A stretch of 64,000 nucleotides of DNA from Clostridiales bacterium. GTDB lineage: Bacteria; Bacillota; Clostridia; Oscillospirales; CAG-272. Within the stretch, counting starts at the first letter, position 1. Each line of letters starts with the position of its first letter. Positions 9,860 through 18,511 of this stretch are shown here, in pieces. A model generated the notes under the pieces. That model was not told the origin of the DNA. It worked only from the letters and a program-made list of their open reading frames with translations, and ran no database searches. The position numbers and the translations under genes were made by a program. The stretch lies in NCBI GenBank assembly GCA_012522015.1, contig JAAYLD010000044.1:3829-67828 (forward strand). Direction: 5' to 3'.

Positions 9860-9967
9860 AAAAATTTTAAACGAAAAAGCCGGACATAAGCACTTTTTAT
9901 AAAATCGAGGATAGTTACAAGGAAATTAAACCATAGACGAAATGCAAAGACGAAAGACAAACGTCAA

Positions 9968-11461
9968 GTGAAACGGACAATTTATATGGACATTAATAGA
10001 AAAGAAAAACTAAAACTTAGGCTGAAAAAGTATGATTATTTATTTTATACGCTTTTAGTACCGCTTTATATTCTTGCCTTTTTTGTTGAAGAGCGCTTAA
10101 TAGTAAGCGATTATCATGTAGTGTACCTGCCTGTTGACGATAAAATACCGTTTATAGTATGGTTCATCTATGCATACATACTCTGGTATCCTTTTCTTGT
10201 ATGTCCGGGCATATTTTTTTCTATTAAGGATAAAAATGAGTTTAGAAGGTATGTTACAGCCATATGCTTTTCGTTTTTCTCTGTCCTTGTGATTTACGCT
10301 CTAATTCCGAACGGGCAGGATCTTCGTCCATCACTTGATGGACTCAGTGGTATTTCCGTCGACATCTTACGGCTAATTTATGCTGCTGATACAAATACAA
10401 ACGTTTGCCCAAGCATGCATGTCATCGGTTGCATCATCGTTGTATTTGCTGTATTTAAAAGCGAGTATGTTTCAAAAAAAGCGCGTTTGCCAGTCATTAT
10501 TGGTGCTGTTATAATCAGCATTTCGACTTTATTTATAAAGCAGCATTCTATACTTGATCTAATAATAGGCATACCTTATGGAATTGTGTGCGGCCTTATC
10601 GCATATCCTCCCAAAAAGGTTTCCCGTGTTTCAAATGATATGGCCGACAGGCTTGCGGAAAAATATAATAAGCACTTCCGCAAGCGTGCCAAGGCATATC
10701 CAGACCTCGCTTCGCTGAAATCACCAGACAAATTTGATAAGCGGGTATTTTCTCATATGCTATCGAAATTCAGAGTAGAAGCATTTTCAGTGCCAAATAT
10801 TTTAAGCTATTTCCGCATTATACTGATACCGTTGTTCGCAGTTTTATATTTCAACAGCAAGTATTACGCTGCCGTCGGAACACTTATTTTATCTGCTGCA
10901 ACCGATGTAGTCGATGGGAAGATAGCTCGCCGTCTCGGACAGGTAACGGATCTTGGGAAGGTGCTTGACCCGTTTGCCGACCATATGACGCAGATAACGA
11001 TGGTTATGTGTGTCGCTGCGAAAAACAAGGCTGTTTTAATTCTGCTCAGTTTACTTTTAGTAAAAGAAGCGGTTATGGTAACACTTGGCGGCATTGTTGT
11101 AAAAATAGCAGGGGCTGTCAACAGCGCACGCTGGTACGGTAAATATTGTACTGCATCCCTTTACGCTACTATGATGCTTTTTGTCCTCTTCCCGGAGATG
11201 CCAAGGGCAGTTGCTACGACTCTCATAGTTTATTGTGCAGCCGTCATTATACTGGCTCTTACACTATATTCTATGTGGTATGCGGGGCAGATCAAGCTTC
11301 ACCGAAACAGTAATAAGGGAAAAGAAGACGCAGATACAAGCGAAGTAATATCGCCAGAATTGGAGGCTATGTCTTTGCCTTTATCACAAACATCGAGTGA
11401 GCCTCAAGAAAACGGCAGTTTGTTAGTCGACAAAGACAAGCATATGAAAAAATCAGAGTGA
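9968..11461 (+). CDS. Fusion protein: PAP2-superfamily phosphatase-like domain plus CDP-alcohol phosphatidyltransferase (PgsA-like) domain
   Basis: N-terminal half is polytopic with CPSMHV and KQHSILD (PAP2-type His/Asp motifs). C-terminal half carries DVVDGKIARRLGQVTDLGKVLDPFAD, which is D-x2-DG-x2-AR-x8-G-x3-D-x3-D. Confidence 0.75.
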   Translation: MKRTIYMDINRKEKLKLRLKKYDYLFYTLLVPLYILAFFVEERLIVSDYHVVYLPVDDKIPFIVWFIYAYILWYPFLVCPGIFFSIKDKNEFRRYVTAICFSFFSVLVIYALIPNGQDLRPSLDGLSGISVDILRLIYAADTNTNVCPSMHVIGCIIVVFAVFKSEYVSKKARLPVIIGAVIISISTLFIKQHSILDLIIGIPYGIVCGLIAYPPKKVSRVSNDMADRLAEKYNKHFRKRAKAYPDLASLKSPDKFDKRVFSHMLSKFRVEAFSVPNILSYFRIILIPLFAVLYFNSKYYAAVGTLILSAATDVVDGKIARRLGQVTDLGKVLDPFADHMTQITMVMCVAAKNKAVLILLSLLLVKEAVMVTLGGIVVKIAGAVNSARWYGKYCTASLYATMMLFVLFPEMPRAVATTLIVYCAAVIILALTLYSMWYAGQIKLHRNSNKGKEDADTSEVISPELEAMSLPLSQTSSEPQENGSLLVDKDKHMKKSE

Positions 11462-11488
11462 AAACAAGAATTAATCATAAATATAAAA

Positions 11489-11526
11489 GTATAACGCCCA
11501 GAAGCAACAGCTTCTGGGCGTTATAC
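11489..11526. terminator. Long perfect hairpin after the lipid-synthesis genes
   Basis: GTATAACGCCCAGAAG / CTTCTGGGCGTTATAC, a 16-bp stem. No strong T-run. Confidence 0.55.
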
Positions 11527-11998
11527 TTAGAGGAAACGGAGGATTTACACGAAACGCGCACATGCGCGTTTATGCAGTGAATTTTGGGTTGAAAACTAAA
11601 CACATATATTTAAAATCAAGCTATCGGTGTTAGCGCCGCAGCTTGATAAGACGATAAACGAGCAAAAGCTGTGTTAACATCATGAGAACAAATGTAAGCA
11701 TTAAAGCGGCGTTATATAACAAATGTGCTTTATAGTATGCACCATATAACGTCTTTTATCATATGTTATGCCACCAATATAATATTAATACAAATAATCG
11801 TTTCTGTGTTGAAAATAATTGGACAGAATAGGACATTATTTTGTTTATTATAGACATACTGGTCATAACATATGATTGAACGCGACGAAATTCGTGTATA
11901 GCTTTTGCTATACATAACAATATCAAAAAAAAACGCTTGTCATATAATGAAAGCAGCAAGTATTAAATTAATTATTGTAATGGGGGATTAGTTGGGCC

Positions 11999-12088
11999 AT
12001 GAGAATTGTTGTGGTTAAACCGCCACGGTTTTTAGTTCCGCTTTTGAGGCGGATGTTTCGTGTACATAAGGGAAGAAGGTATGGCTGA
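11999..12088 (+). CDS. spoVM: SpoVM-like 29-aa sporulation micro-protein (absent from the ORF track)
   Basis: ATG at 11999 preceded by GGGGGA. The product MRIVVVKPPRFLVPLLRRMFRVHKGRRYG resembles B. subtilis SpoVM (MKFYTIKLPKFLGGIVRAMLGSFRKD) in length, amphipathic pattern and the KxPxFL core. It has its own terminator. Confidence 0.55.
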   Translation: MRIVVVKPPRFLVPLLRRMFRVHKGRRYG

Positions 12089-12106
12089 GTGAATTAACAA
12101 AAGGAA

Positions 12107-12168
12107 GGGGAGTGCATGACAGCAGCACTCCCCATCGCCGCTGTATAATAAGCGGCGTTCCTTTTTGC
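12107..12168. terminator. Two back-to-back hairpins terminating convergent transcription
   Basis: GGGGAGTGC/GCACTCCCC has a T-run on the minus strand. CGCCGC/GCGGCG is followed by TTCCTTTTTG on the plus strand. Confidence 0.65.
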
Positions 12169-12170
12169 CT

Positions 12171-12626
12171 TTAAAGATACTTTTTCATCCGCTCAAGGTT
12201 CTTTTGGCGAAATGCCAGAAGTTCACCACCCAGCTCATACGCTTCACTTACGTTGGCCGATGGTTCAATCGATCTTTCAGCTTTATTCCTTGCGCGGTCA
12301 AGCGTTACTACGTCATTGCTATTTTCTCTAATTAATAGCTCTGCTATATGAGATGGCGATGCGTCGAACATTGTTTCTGCGGCAATACCCGCTTTTGTTG
12401 CGAAGGTTTTCGCTTTGCTTTCTTCCTTCGGCTTCGCATGGCACTGCGCCAGTCCGCCTTCTGCCCGAAAAGCAAAAGATAAATATCCGTTGAGCTGTGT
12501 TGTTAAATCTCCCATAAGCTGCTCATTTTTTACACGCGGCAAAAGAGCTAAAATTGTATCAGCTCCGCTTTTTGCACTGCGATACACCTCGCCAAACATA
12601 TCCTTTTCCGACTTATCCATAAACAA
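12171..12626 (-). CDS. Hypothetical all-helical soluble protein
   Basis: Intact 151-aa ORF with its own terminator. I recognise no motif. Confidence 0.4.
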   Translation of the reverse strand: MFMDKSEKDMFGEVYRSAKSGADTILALLPRVKNEQLMGDLTTQLNGYLSFAFRAEGGLAQCHAKPKEESKAKTFATKAGIAAETMFDASPSHIAELLIRENSNDVVTLDRARNKAERSIEPSANVSEAYELGGELLAFRQKNLERMKKYL

Positions 12627-12842
12627 ATCCCGTTTTGAAGGTGATGATGCGCGGTTTTTGCCGCGATATTATCTTTGGCTGTTTGCACTTTTGATATTCG
12701 TTTTGCCAGAATGTAAATTACCACTTGATGCGATAATATTGGATTGTTAATAATATCATTTTAGTGATATTGCTATAATAAAGTATGTAGTAAAAATAAT
12801 AATTTATAATTAAAAATAATGCTAAGAAACATTGCAAACAAT

Positions 12843-12873
12843 AAAAGTCAAGCATTAAAAAGCTTGACTTTTT
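12843..12873 (-). terminator. Intrinsic terminator downstream of hslO (shared-stem family copy 2)
   Basis: AAAAGTCAAGC / GCTTGACTTTT stem flanked by A/T runs. Confidence 0.7.
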
Positions 12874-12938
12874 GCTTTGCTGAATAATAGTGTTTTTAGC
12901 AGGGGCATGCGGATGAAGCGCTCTGTTTAAAAATTCAA

Positions 12939-13883
12939 TTATTTTTTATTTTTATTAGATAAAAGCGCTTCTGTATCACTTCTGCTAAAAACATATTTTT
13001 TCTCGCAGAATTGACATGAAAGCTCAATTATTTCCGGCTTCCCTTTTGCTCTATGCTCAGCGAATATATCTTCTATCTCTTGCCGGTCAAAACCTGCGAT
13101 GATATCAGCTGTACGTTCGCGCGAGCATGTGCACCGGTATTCGACAGGAATTTCGTCAAAAATATCATATTCAATGCCACGGCAGACAACGGCAAGTATA
13201 TCGTTATTTGTCATTCCTTCGTCAATCATCGAGGAAAGGCGGGAGAGTTCTCCTGCATTTTCTTCAAATTTTGCTGCTACTGCGTCATCATAAAAAGGCA
13301 GCATTTGTACGAGCACGCATCCGGCCGCACGGCATGAGTAGTCTCGGTCGACAAGGACACCGACAGCGCATAACGTCGGTATCTGCTCGCTTCCGGCATA
13401 ATAAGCAGCAATGTCTTCGCCAATTTCGCCTGATACAAGCTCCGTTAAGCCGATATACGGTTCGGATGCGCCTGTGTCACGCAGAACCTGGAGTACACCG
13501 CGCCCGACAGCTCCGCCGACGTCAAGTTTTCCATTTGATTTAAGCGGCAAATCGACATCGGGATTTTCAATATAGCCACGCACATTCCCCATATAATCGG
13601 CAACGGCTACAATAGCGCCGGCAGGGCCGTCACCGCGGATTATGAGCGTGACAGAATCTTCAGGATCGCCGAGCATGGAGCCTATGATTGATGTTGCTGT
13701 AAGCAGGCGACCAAGAGCAGCAGTTGCAGTGGGAGTTGTGCGATGTATAGAAGCGGCTTTGTCAACGATAGCTGTAGAGTTTAAAACGTATATGCGTGTG
13801 CTGCCGTCGCGCGATATCGCGCGCAGGATAGAAGATGTGCCATACGGTTTTTTTGCGGTGTTGTTTTTATTTGCTTCATTCAT
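12939..13883 (-). CDS. hslO: Redox-regulated chaperone Hsp33
   Basis: C-terminal zinc centre YRCTCSRER ... LSCQFCEKKY (CxC...CxxC), plus Hsp33-type N-terminal and linker regions. Confidence 0.85.
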   Translation of the reverse strand: MNEANKNNTAKKPYGTSSILRAISRDGSTRIYVLNSTAIVDKAASIHRTTPTATAALGRLLTATSIIGSMLGDPEDSVTLIIRGDGPAGAIVAVADYMGNVRGYIENPDVDLPLKSNGKLDVGGAVGRGVLQVLRDTGASEPYIGLTELVSGEIGEDIAAYYAGSEQIPTLCAVGVLVDRDYSCRAAGCVLVQMLPFYDDAVAAKFEENAGELSRLSSMIDEGMTNNDILAVVCRGIEYDIFDEIPVEYRCTCSRERTADIIAGFDRQEIEDIFAEHRAKGKPEIIELSCQFCEKKYVFSRSDTEALLSNKNKK

Positions 13884-13929
13884 ATTATGGTATCACCGTA
13901 ATTCCTTTTTTATATGTGTTTATTTTCCT

Positions 13930-14712
13930 TTATTTTATTGCTCTTGCGGCAATATAAATGCGTTCGCTCTCCTCAAAGGGGGGAGACATATCATAACCAC
14001 CTGTTATAAGGAGCACATCAAAGCCTGTCTTTTTCAGTATATCCGTTAAAAGTTCAATTTTATAGCATCGCTGACGTTGCACCTCGTCATAGCGAACCCA
14101 AACATCACCCCAACGCTCAAAAAACGTAAGATAAAAGCGTGCAAGACCAGTTTTTTCATTATAGACATTGCGCCAGCCGCAAAAAACATTATCTTCTTCG
14201 AGTATTATATCGTTTTGCCCGTAAATATTCTTAAATTTATAAGGGGATGTTACGTCAAAAAGCAAAATGCCATCCGGGGCGAGATAATTATGGAGCAAAG
14301 CAAAGCATTTTTCCACATCACGGCGGTCAGTGATGTAATTAATTGAATCGCAGCAAGAGACAGCGGCATCAACCGTTCCATAAAGTTCAAATGAGCGCAT
14401 GTCCTGGCATAGCCAAAGTATGTCTACACCTGCTGCATCAGCTTTTTCGCGTGCGCGGGAGAGCATATCAACCGAAATATCAATGCCGGTCATATCGTAA
14501 CCGCGCCGGGCAAGTTCTATTGTAATCGTCCCCGTGCCACATGCAAGATCAAGCACAAGCTGGGGCTTTTTTTGCGAGAAACGGCGGAAAACAGCTTCGA
14601 TAAAATCGACCCATAAGGCATAGTCAACGTGTGAGTTGAGGGTGTCGTAAAAAGCTGCCGCTATGCCGTAACCCCCTGAGCTGCAAGCGGCACTTTTATT
14701 GCCGTTACTCAT
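13930..14712 (-). CDS. Class I SAM-dependent methyltransferase
   Basis: VLDLACGTGTITIELARRGYDMTGIDIS is motif I and post-I of the Rossmann-fold methyltransferases. Confidence 0.8.
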   Translation of the reverse strand: MSNGNKSAACSSGGYGIAAAFYDTLNSHVDYALWVDFIEAVFRRFSQKKPQLVLDLACGTGTITIELARRGYDMTGIDISVDMLSRAREKADAAGVDILWLCQDMRSFELYGTVDAAVSCCDSINYITDRRDVEKCFALLHNYLAPDGILLFDVTSPYKFKNIYGQNDIILEEDNVFCGWRNVYNEKTGLARFYLTFFERWGDVWVRYDEVQRQRCYKIELLTDILKKTGFDVLLITGGYDMSPPFEESERIYIAARAIK

Positions 14713-14776
14713 AATCGTCCCCCATTTCTCATTATTATTTTATCTTATTTTTTTATTTTCCTTACTCCGCCTGTCC

Positions 14777-15805
14777 TTAACCGAGAGCTATAAGCTGCGC
14801 AAGGGTAGTAGCGTCGGCGCCGGCTATATAATCACCTACAGATGAGCCGCCCGGCAGGGATGATAATAAAGCTTCAATCTCGTTTACATCAAGCCTGACA
14901 CCGGTAAGCGACGCTTCAAGCTCGGATATGTCCCGCATGCCGAGAAAGTCGCCGGTGAGTTTAATACGTAATATGACACCGCCGTCCGTATCGAGAGAAA
15001 CGTTTACCCGTCCGAACGGGAAGCGAGCACCATATGAGCGCGCATAAACGTGCGACTCGCCATAATTCCACTCCCAGCGCGAGTATTTTTCATCAGCAAG
15101 TTTTTCAGCAAGAGTTGTTTCATCCCCGCTCATCTCGCGAACATGACAGTTATAATAAGAAGTTAAAAAATTTACAGTATAGTTGAAAAAATCGTCGCTT
15201 GACATTTGTGCGAAAGCGGAACCGGAGGTTGCGAGCATATCGCGCAAATTGCCGACGCGTGCCCGCACACTTGGGATACCTTTGCTTATAAGTTTGCCAT
15301 CATCCGGACGCAGAACTCCCTCAAGATGTGAAAGATCAGCGTCCCAGAGAAGAGTGCAGTGGCGAAGCAGCTTTGCCTGCTCGACCCCTTTTGGCGTATA
15401 AACACACGCGGCAAAACCGGATATTTTCGCCCCGTCGACTGTAACATCGTTGCGTCCGCCGGCTTTTGCTTTTATGCCGAGACTGTGCAAAAGCTCAACA
15501 ATTGGAGCGGCAGCTTCTGCATAATCAGCGCCTTCTCCACTATCATCAGTAATAAATGAAATATTTACATTGCCGTAGTCATGGAAAACAGCACCGCCGC
15601 CTGTCAGTCGCCGCACAAGCTTTATTCCGTTTTCCTCTGCATATGCGCGCCGGATCTCCGCGTATGCGTTTTGGTTGCGCCCGATGACGACGGCGGGTGA
15701 GTTTCGCCAGACGATGACAATGCCCTCGTGTGAGAGCGTGAGAAGCGCCTCTTCCGCAGCAAGGTTAAAATATGGGTCGGTGCGGTTGTTTATTATTACA
15801 GTCAT
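14777..15805 (-). CDS. lplA: Lipoate--protein ligase
   Basis: DPYFNLAAEEALL, RRLTGGGAVFHDYGN and a C-terminal LplA accessory domain. Adjacent to a lipoyl-dependent dehydrogenase operon. Confidence 0.85.
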   Translation of the reverse strand: MTVIINNRTDPYFNLAAEEALLTLSHEGIVIVWRNSPAVVIGRNQNAYAEIRRAYAEENGIKLVRRLTGGGAVFHDYGNVNISFITDDSGEGADYAEAAAPIVELLHSLGIKAKAGGRNDVTVDGAKISGFAACVYTPKGVEQAKLLRHCTLLWDADLSHLEGVLRPDDGKLISKGIPSVRARVGNLRDMLATSGSAFAQMSSDDFFNYTVNFLTSYYNCHVREMSGDETTLAEKLADEKYSRWEWNYGESHVYARSYGARFPFGRVNVSLDTDGGVILRIKLTGDFLGMRDISELEASLTGVRLDVNEIEALLSSLPGGSSVGDYIAGADATTLAQLIALG

Positions 15806-15832
15806 AATTTCTATGTTATTTTCTATGTTATT

Positions 15833-18319
15833 TTATACTCCCTTTGCCTCACGGTCAAGCTTTTCGGTGTCGGTACACGAAGTCGCCGCGACGTAGCCGG
15901 GTACTGGCAGCAGCTTTTCGCATACTATATCGACAATCCACTGCGCCTGCGGGAAGAAGTGCCCCTCAAGTTCATAAGCCGGTATTATCCAGTTGCGTGA
16001 ACCGAGAGCGGCGACGGGAGCGTCAAGATAATCAAAGGCAAGCTCGCTGATAACAGCAGCCATATCACGCATGACACTGCCACGCTCGCAAGCGTCGCCG
16101 ACAATGATGATTCGCCCTGTTTTCTTTACACTCTCAATAACAGGCGTATAGTTAAAAGGAACAATGCTTCGTGCGTCTATGATCTCGGCTGATATGCCGT
16201 ATTTTTCGTCAAGTATCTTTGCCGCATCAAGCGCGCGATAAAGAACAGCGCCGATTGATAAAATAGTCACGTCCGAACCTACGCGCTTAATATCAGGCTC
16301 GCCTATTTTTATTTCATACGACTCGCGGGGTACGCCGCCCTTTTCAAACTGTTCACCGACATCATAAATTCGCTGGCTTTCAAAGAAAACAACAGGGTCA
16401 GTACCGTTGAGAGCAGCTGTCATAAGCCCTTTCGCATCATACGGCGTCGCAGGGAAAACAACTTTCAGCCCGGGTATGTGTGCTGTCAGCGCGGACCAGT
16501 CCTGCGAATGCTGCGCGCCGTACTTACTGCCGACTGAGACGCGTAAAACGACGGGCATTTTAAGCAGGCCAGCGCTCATTGCCTGCCACTTCGGCAGCTG
16601 ATTGAATATTTCATCACCCGCACAGCCGATAAAGTCGGCGTACATCAGCTCAACAATCACCCGTCCGCCGCACATAGCATAACCGACGGCGGAACCGACA
16701 ATGGCAGCCTCCGAAATAGGTGCATTGAAAAGGCGGTGGTACGGGAGCGCTTCCGTCAGACCGCGATATACGGCAAATGCACCGCCCCAGTCGCGGTTGT
16801 CCTCGCCATAAGCGATAAGCGTTGCATCTTCGTAAATTTTATCAAGCACAGCTTCAAAAATCCCGTCGCGAAGCGTAAACAGCTTTGCTTTTGGATATAG
16901 TTTCCCCGATTCGTCATAGGCATAGCGCTTACGCGTGGCGAGCTGAACTGCACGCGGATTTTCTTCTTTAAGTATGAGTACTTCCGGTTCACGCTCCGGA
17001 TCCATGCTCGGTACGTGCTCATTCGAAAACATAAGCGAAGCAATAGCGTCGGGGGTGCGGACGAGATCCATACGCGGTGACTTTTTCTCGTCTGCGGCAA
17101 GCGAGCAGATGCGTTCCGTGCGAAGCATTATCTCTTTATCAATCGCGTCAAGCTCTGATGATGTGAAAATACCTGCAGCGATGAATTTTTCGCGGAAAAC
17201 GGCAATCGGGCAGGCGTCACGCCATGCAGCTATTTCCTCCGGTGTGCGGTATGTTGATGAGTCGGACGGCGAATGTCCCGATACGCGGTATGTAACAACA
17301 TCAAGAAGAGCAGGACCGCGGCCGGATGTGAGATTTTTCTTCTGGCGGGCAACAGCGTCAGCGACGGCGAGGGGATCATAGCCGTTGACGCGCTCAGCCA
17401 AAAGAGCATCCGGCGAAAAGCCGGCGCCGATACGGGCAGCCATGTCAAAACCCATCGTTTCGCCTTGTGTCTGCCCTCCCATGCCGTAAAAGTTATCGAA
17501 TATATTGAAAAGTATCGGCAAGCCGCCATCACCTTTGACGCCTTCTTTATCCCAAAGCTTCTTTACCTGATCCATTGCCGACATGCTGATTGCTTCAAGC
17601 ACGGGACCACGTCCGAGCGCGCCGTCGCCTATGTTTGCGACGACAATACCGCGCTTTTTGTTACAGCGCTTGTAGAGGGCAGCACCAAGTGCCATAGGCG
17701 CCGCGCCACCGACGATAGCGTTGTTCGGATAAATACCAAACGGTGTGAAAAATGCATGCATCGAACCGCCAAGACCTCGATTGAAGCCTGTGGTGCGGCC
17801 GAATATTTCGGCAAGCGTCCCATAGAGAAGGTAGCATATGGCAAGCTCCTTTATATCGCCAAACTCGCGCTGGCTGTCCTCAACGACACGCAGAATTGAG
17901 CCGTCCATGTAGGAGCTCATTGTAGTGTAAAGCTCGGCTTCGTCGAGCTGATTTATCGCCGCAAGCCCGCGTGCCAGTATCTCGCCGTGGCTTCTGTGGG
18001 AGCCGAAGGAATAGTCATCAAGTGTTAGGGCATATGCCTGCCCGACGCATGACGCTTCCTGCCCAATCGACAGGTGGGCAGGGCCGGGGTATGTATATTT
18101 TACACTGTGATATTCGCTTTTCGTCTTAATTTCGTTGAGCATTGTCTCAAACACGCGTATTATGCGCATATCGCGATAAATCCGCAAGAGATTGTCACGT
18201 CCGTAAAGGGCAATCTCTTCTTCGGGCGTTTTTTTATATTGGCAAACAGGGATATCTTTAAATTTAATATAAGTTGGTTCAAATGCTGTCGCAGGGTCGA
18301 TGAACTGAGACTTTGGCAT
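15833..18319 (-). CDS. 2-oxoacid (acetoin/pyruvate-type) dehydrogenase E1 component, fused alpha-beta subunits
   Basis: The 828-aa product has an N-terminal TPP-binding alpha part (GDGALGRGPVLEAISMS, YRVSGHSPSD) and a C-terminal beta/transketolase-like part (MYADFIGCAGDEIFNQ). Confidence 0.8.
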   Translation of the reverse strand: MPKSQFIDPATAFEPTYIKFKDIPVCQYKKTPEEEIALYGRDNLLRIYRDMRIIRVFETMLNEIKTKSEYHSVKYTYPGPAHLSIGQEASCVGQAYALTLDDYSFGSHRSHGEILARGLAAINQLDEAELYTTMSSYMDGSILRVVEDSQREFGDIKELAICYLLYGTLAEIFGRTTGFNRGLGGSMHAFFTPFGIYPNNAIVGGAAPMALGAALYKRCNKKRGIVVANIGDGALGRGPVLEAISMSAMDQVKKLWDKEGVKGDGGLPILFNIFDNFYGMGGQTQGETMGFDMAARIGAGFSPDALLAERVNGYDPLAVADAVARQKKNLTSGRGPALLDVVTYRVSGHSPSDSSTYRTPEEIAAWRDACPIAVFREKFIAAGIFTSSELDAIDKEIMLRTERICSLAADEKKSPRMDLVRTPDAIASLMFSNEHVPSMDPEREPEVLILKEENPRAVQLATRKRYAYDESGKLYPKAKLFTLRDGIFEAVLDKIYEDATLIAYGEDNRDWGGAFAVYRGLTEALPYHRLFNAPISEAAIVGSAVGYAMCGGRVIVELMYADFIGCAGDEIFNQLPKWQAMSAGLLKMPVVLRVSVGSKYGAQHSQDWSALTAHIPGLKVVFPATPYDAKGLMTAALNGTDPVVFFESQRIYDVGEQFEKGGVPRESYEIKIGEPDIKRVGSDVTILSIGAVLYRALDAAKILDEKYGISAEIIDARSIVPFNYTPVIESVKKTGRIIIVGDACERGSVMRDMAAVISELAFDYLDAPVAALGSRNWIIPAYELEGHFFPQAQWIVDIVCEKLLPVPGYVAATSCTDTEKLDREAKGV

Positions 18320-18403
18320 GGTTTTTCTCCTGTAATTTTTTGATTTTGATTTGCTGCTTTATACATGGGGCTTCTGCCCTCTTGATAATCCCGGTTATCC
18401 CCC

Positions 18404-18491
18404 GCGGCGACGCTGTGCGTCACCGCTTTTTTGGTTCTTTGCTACTTTCTTTCCTAAAGAAAGTAGTGAGGGTTCGGGGGCAACGCCCCCG
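18404..18491. repeat. Array of three hairpins (GC-rich, REP-like) in the lpd-E1 intergenic spacer
   Basis: GCGGCGACGC-tgt-GCGTCACCGC (18404-18426), CTACTTTCTTTCC-taa-AGAAAGTAG region (18442-18466), GGGGGC-aac-GCCCCC (18476-18490). Confidence 0.8.
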
Positions 18492-18511
18492 CGTTCCTCT
18501 TTAAGTTGCCA

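Noticed and set aside
11551-11572. Hairpin AAACGCGC-acat-GCGCGTTT resembling the leader hairpin of the phage-like cluster (50690-50715).
   Set aside because: The shared part is only an 8-nt GC-core stem. With two copies this is within chance expectation, so I do not call it a repeat family.
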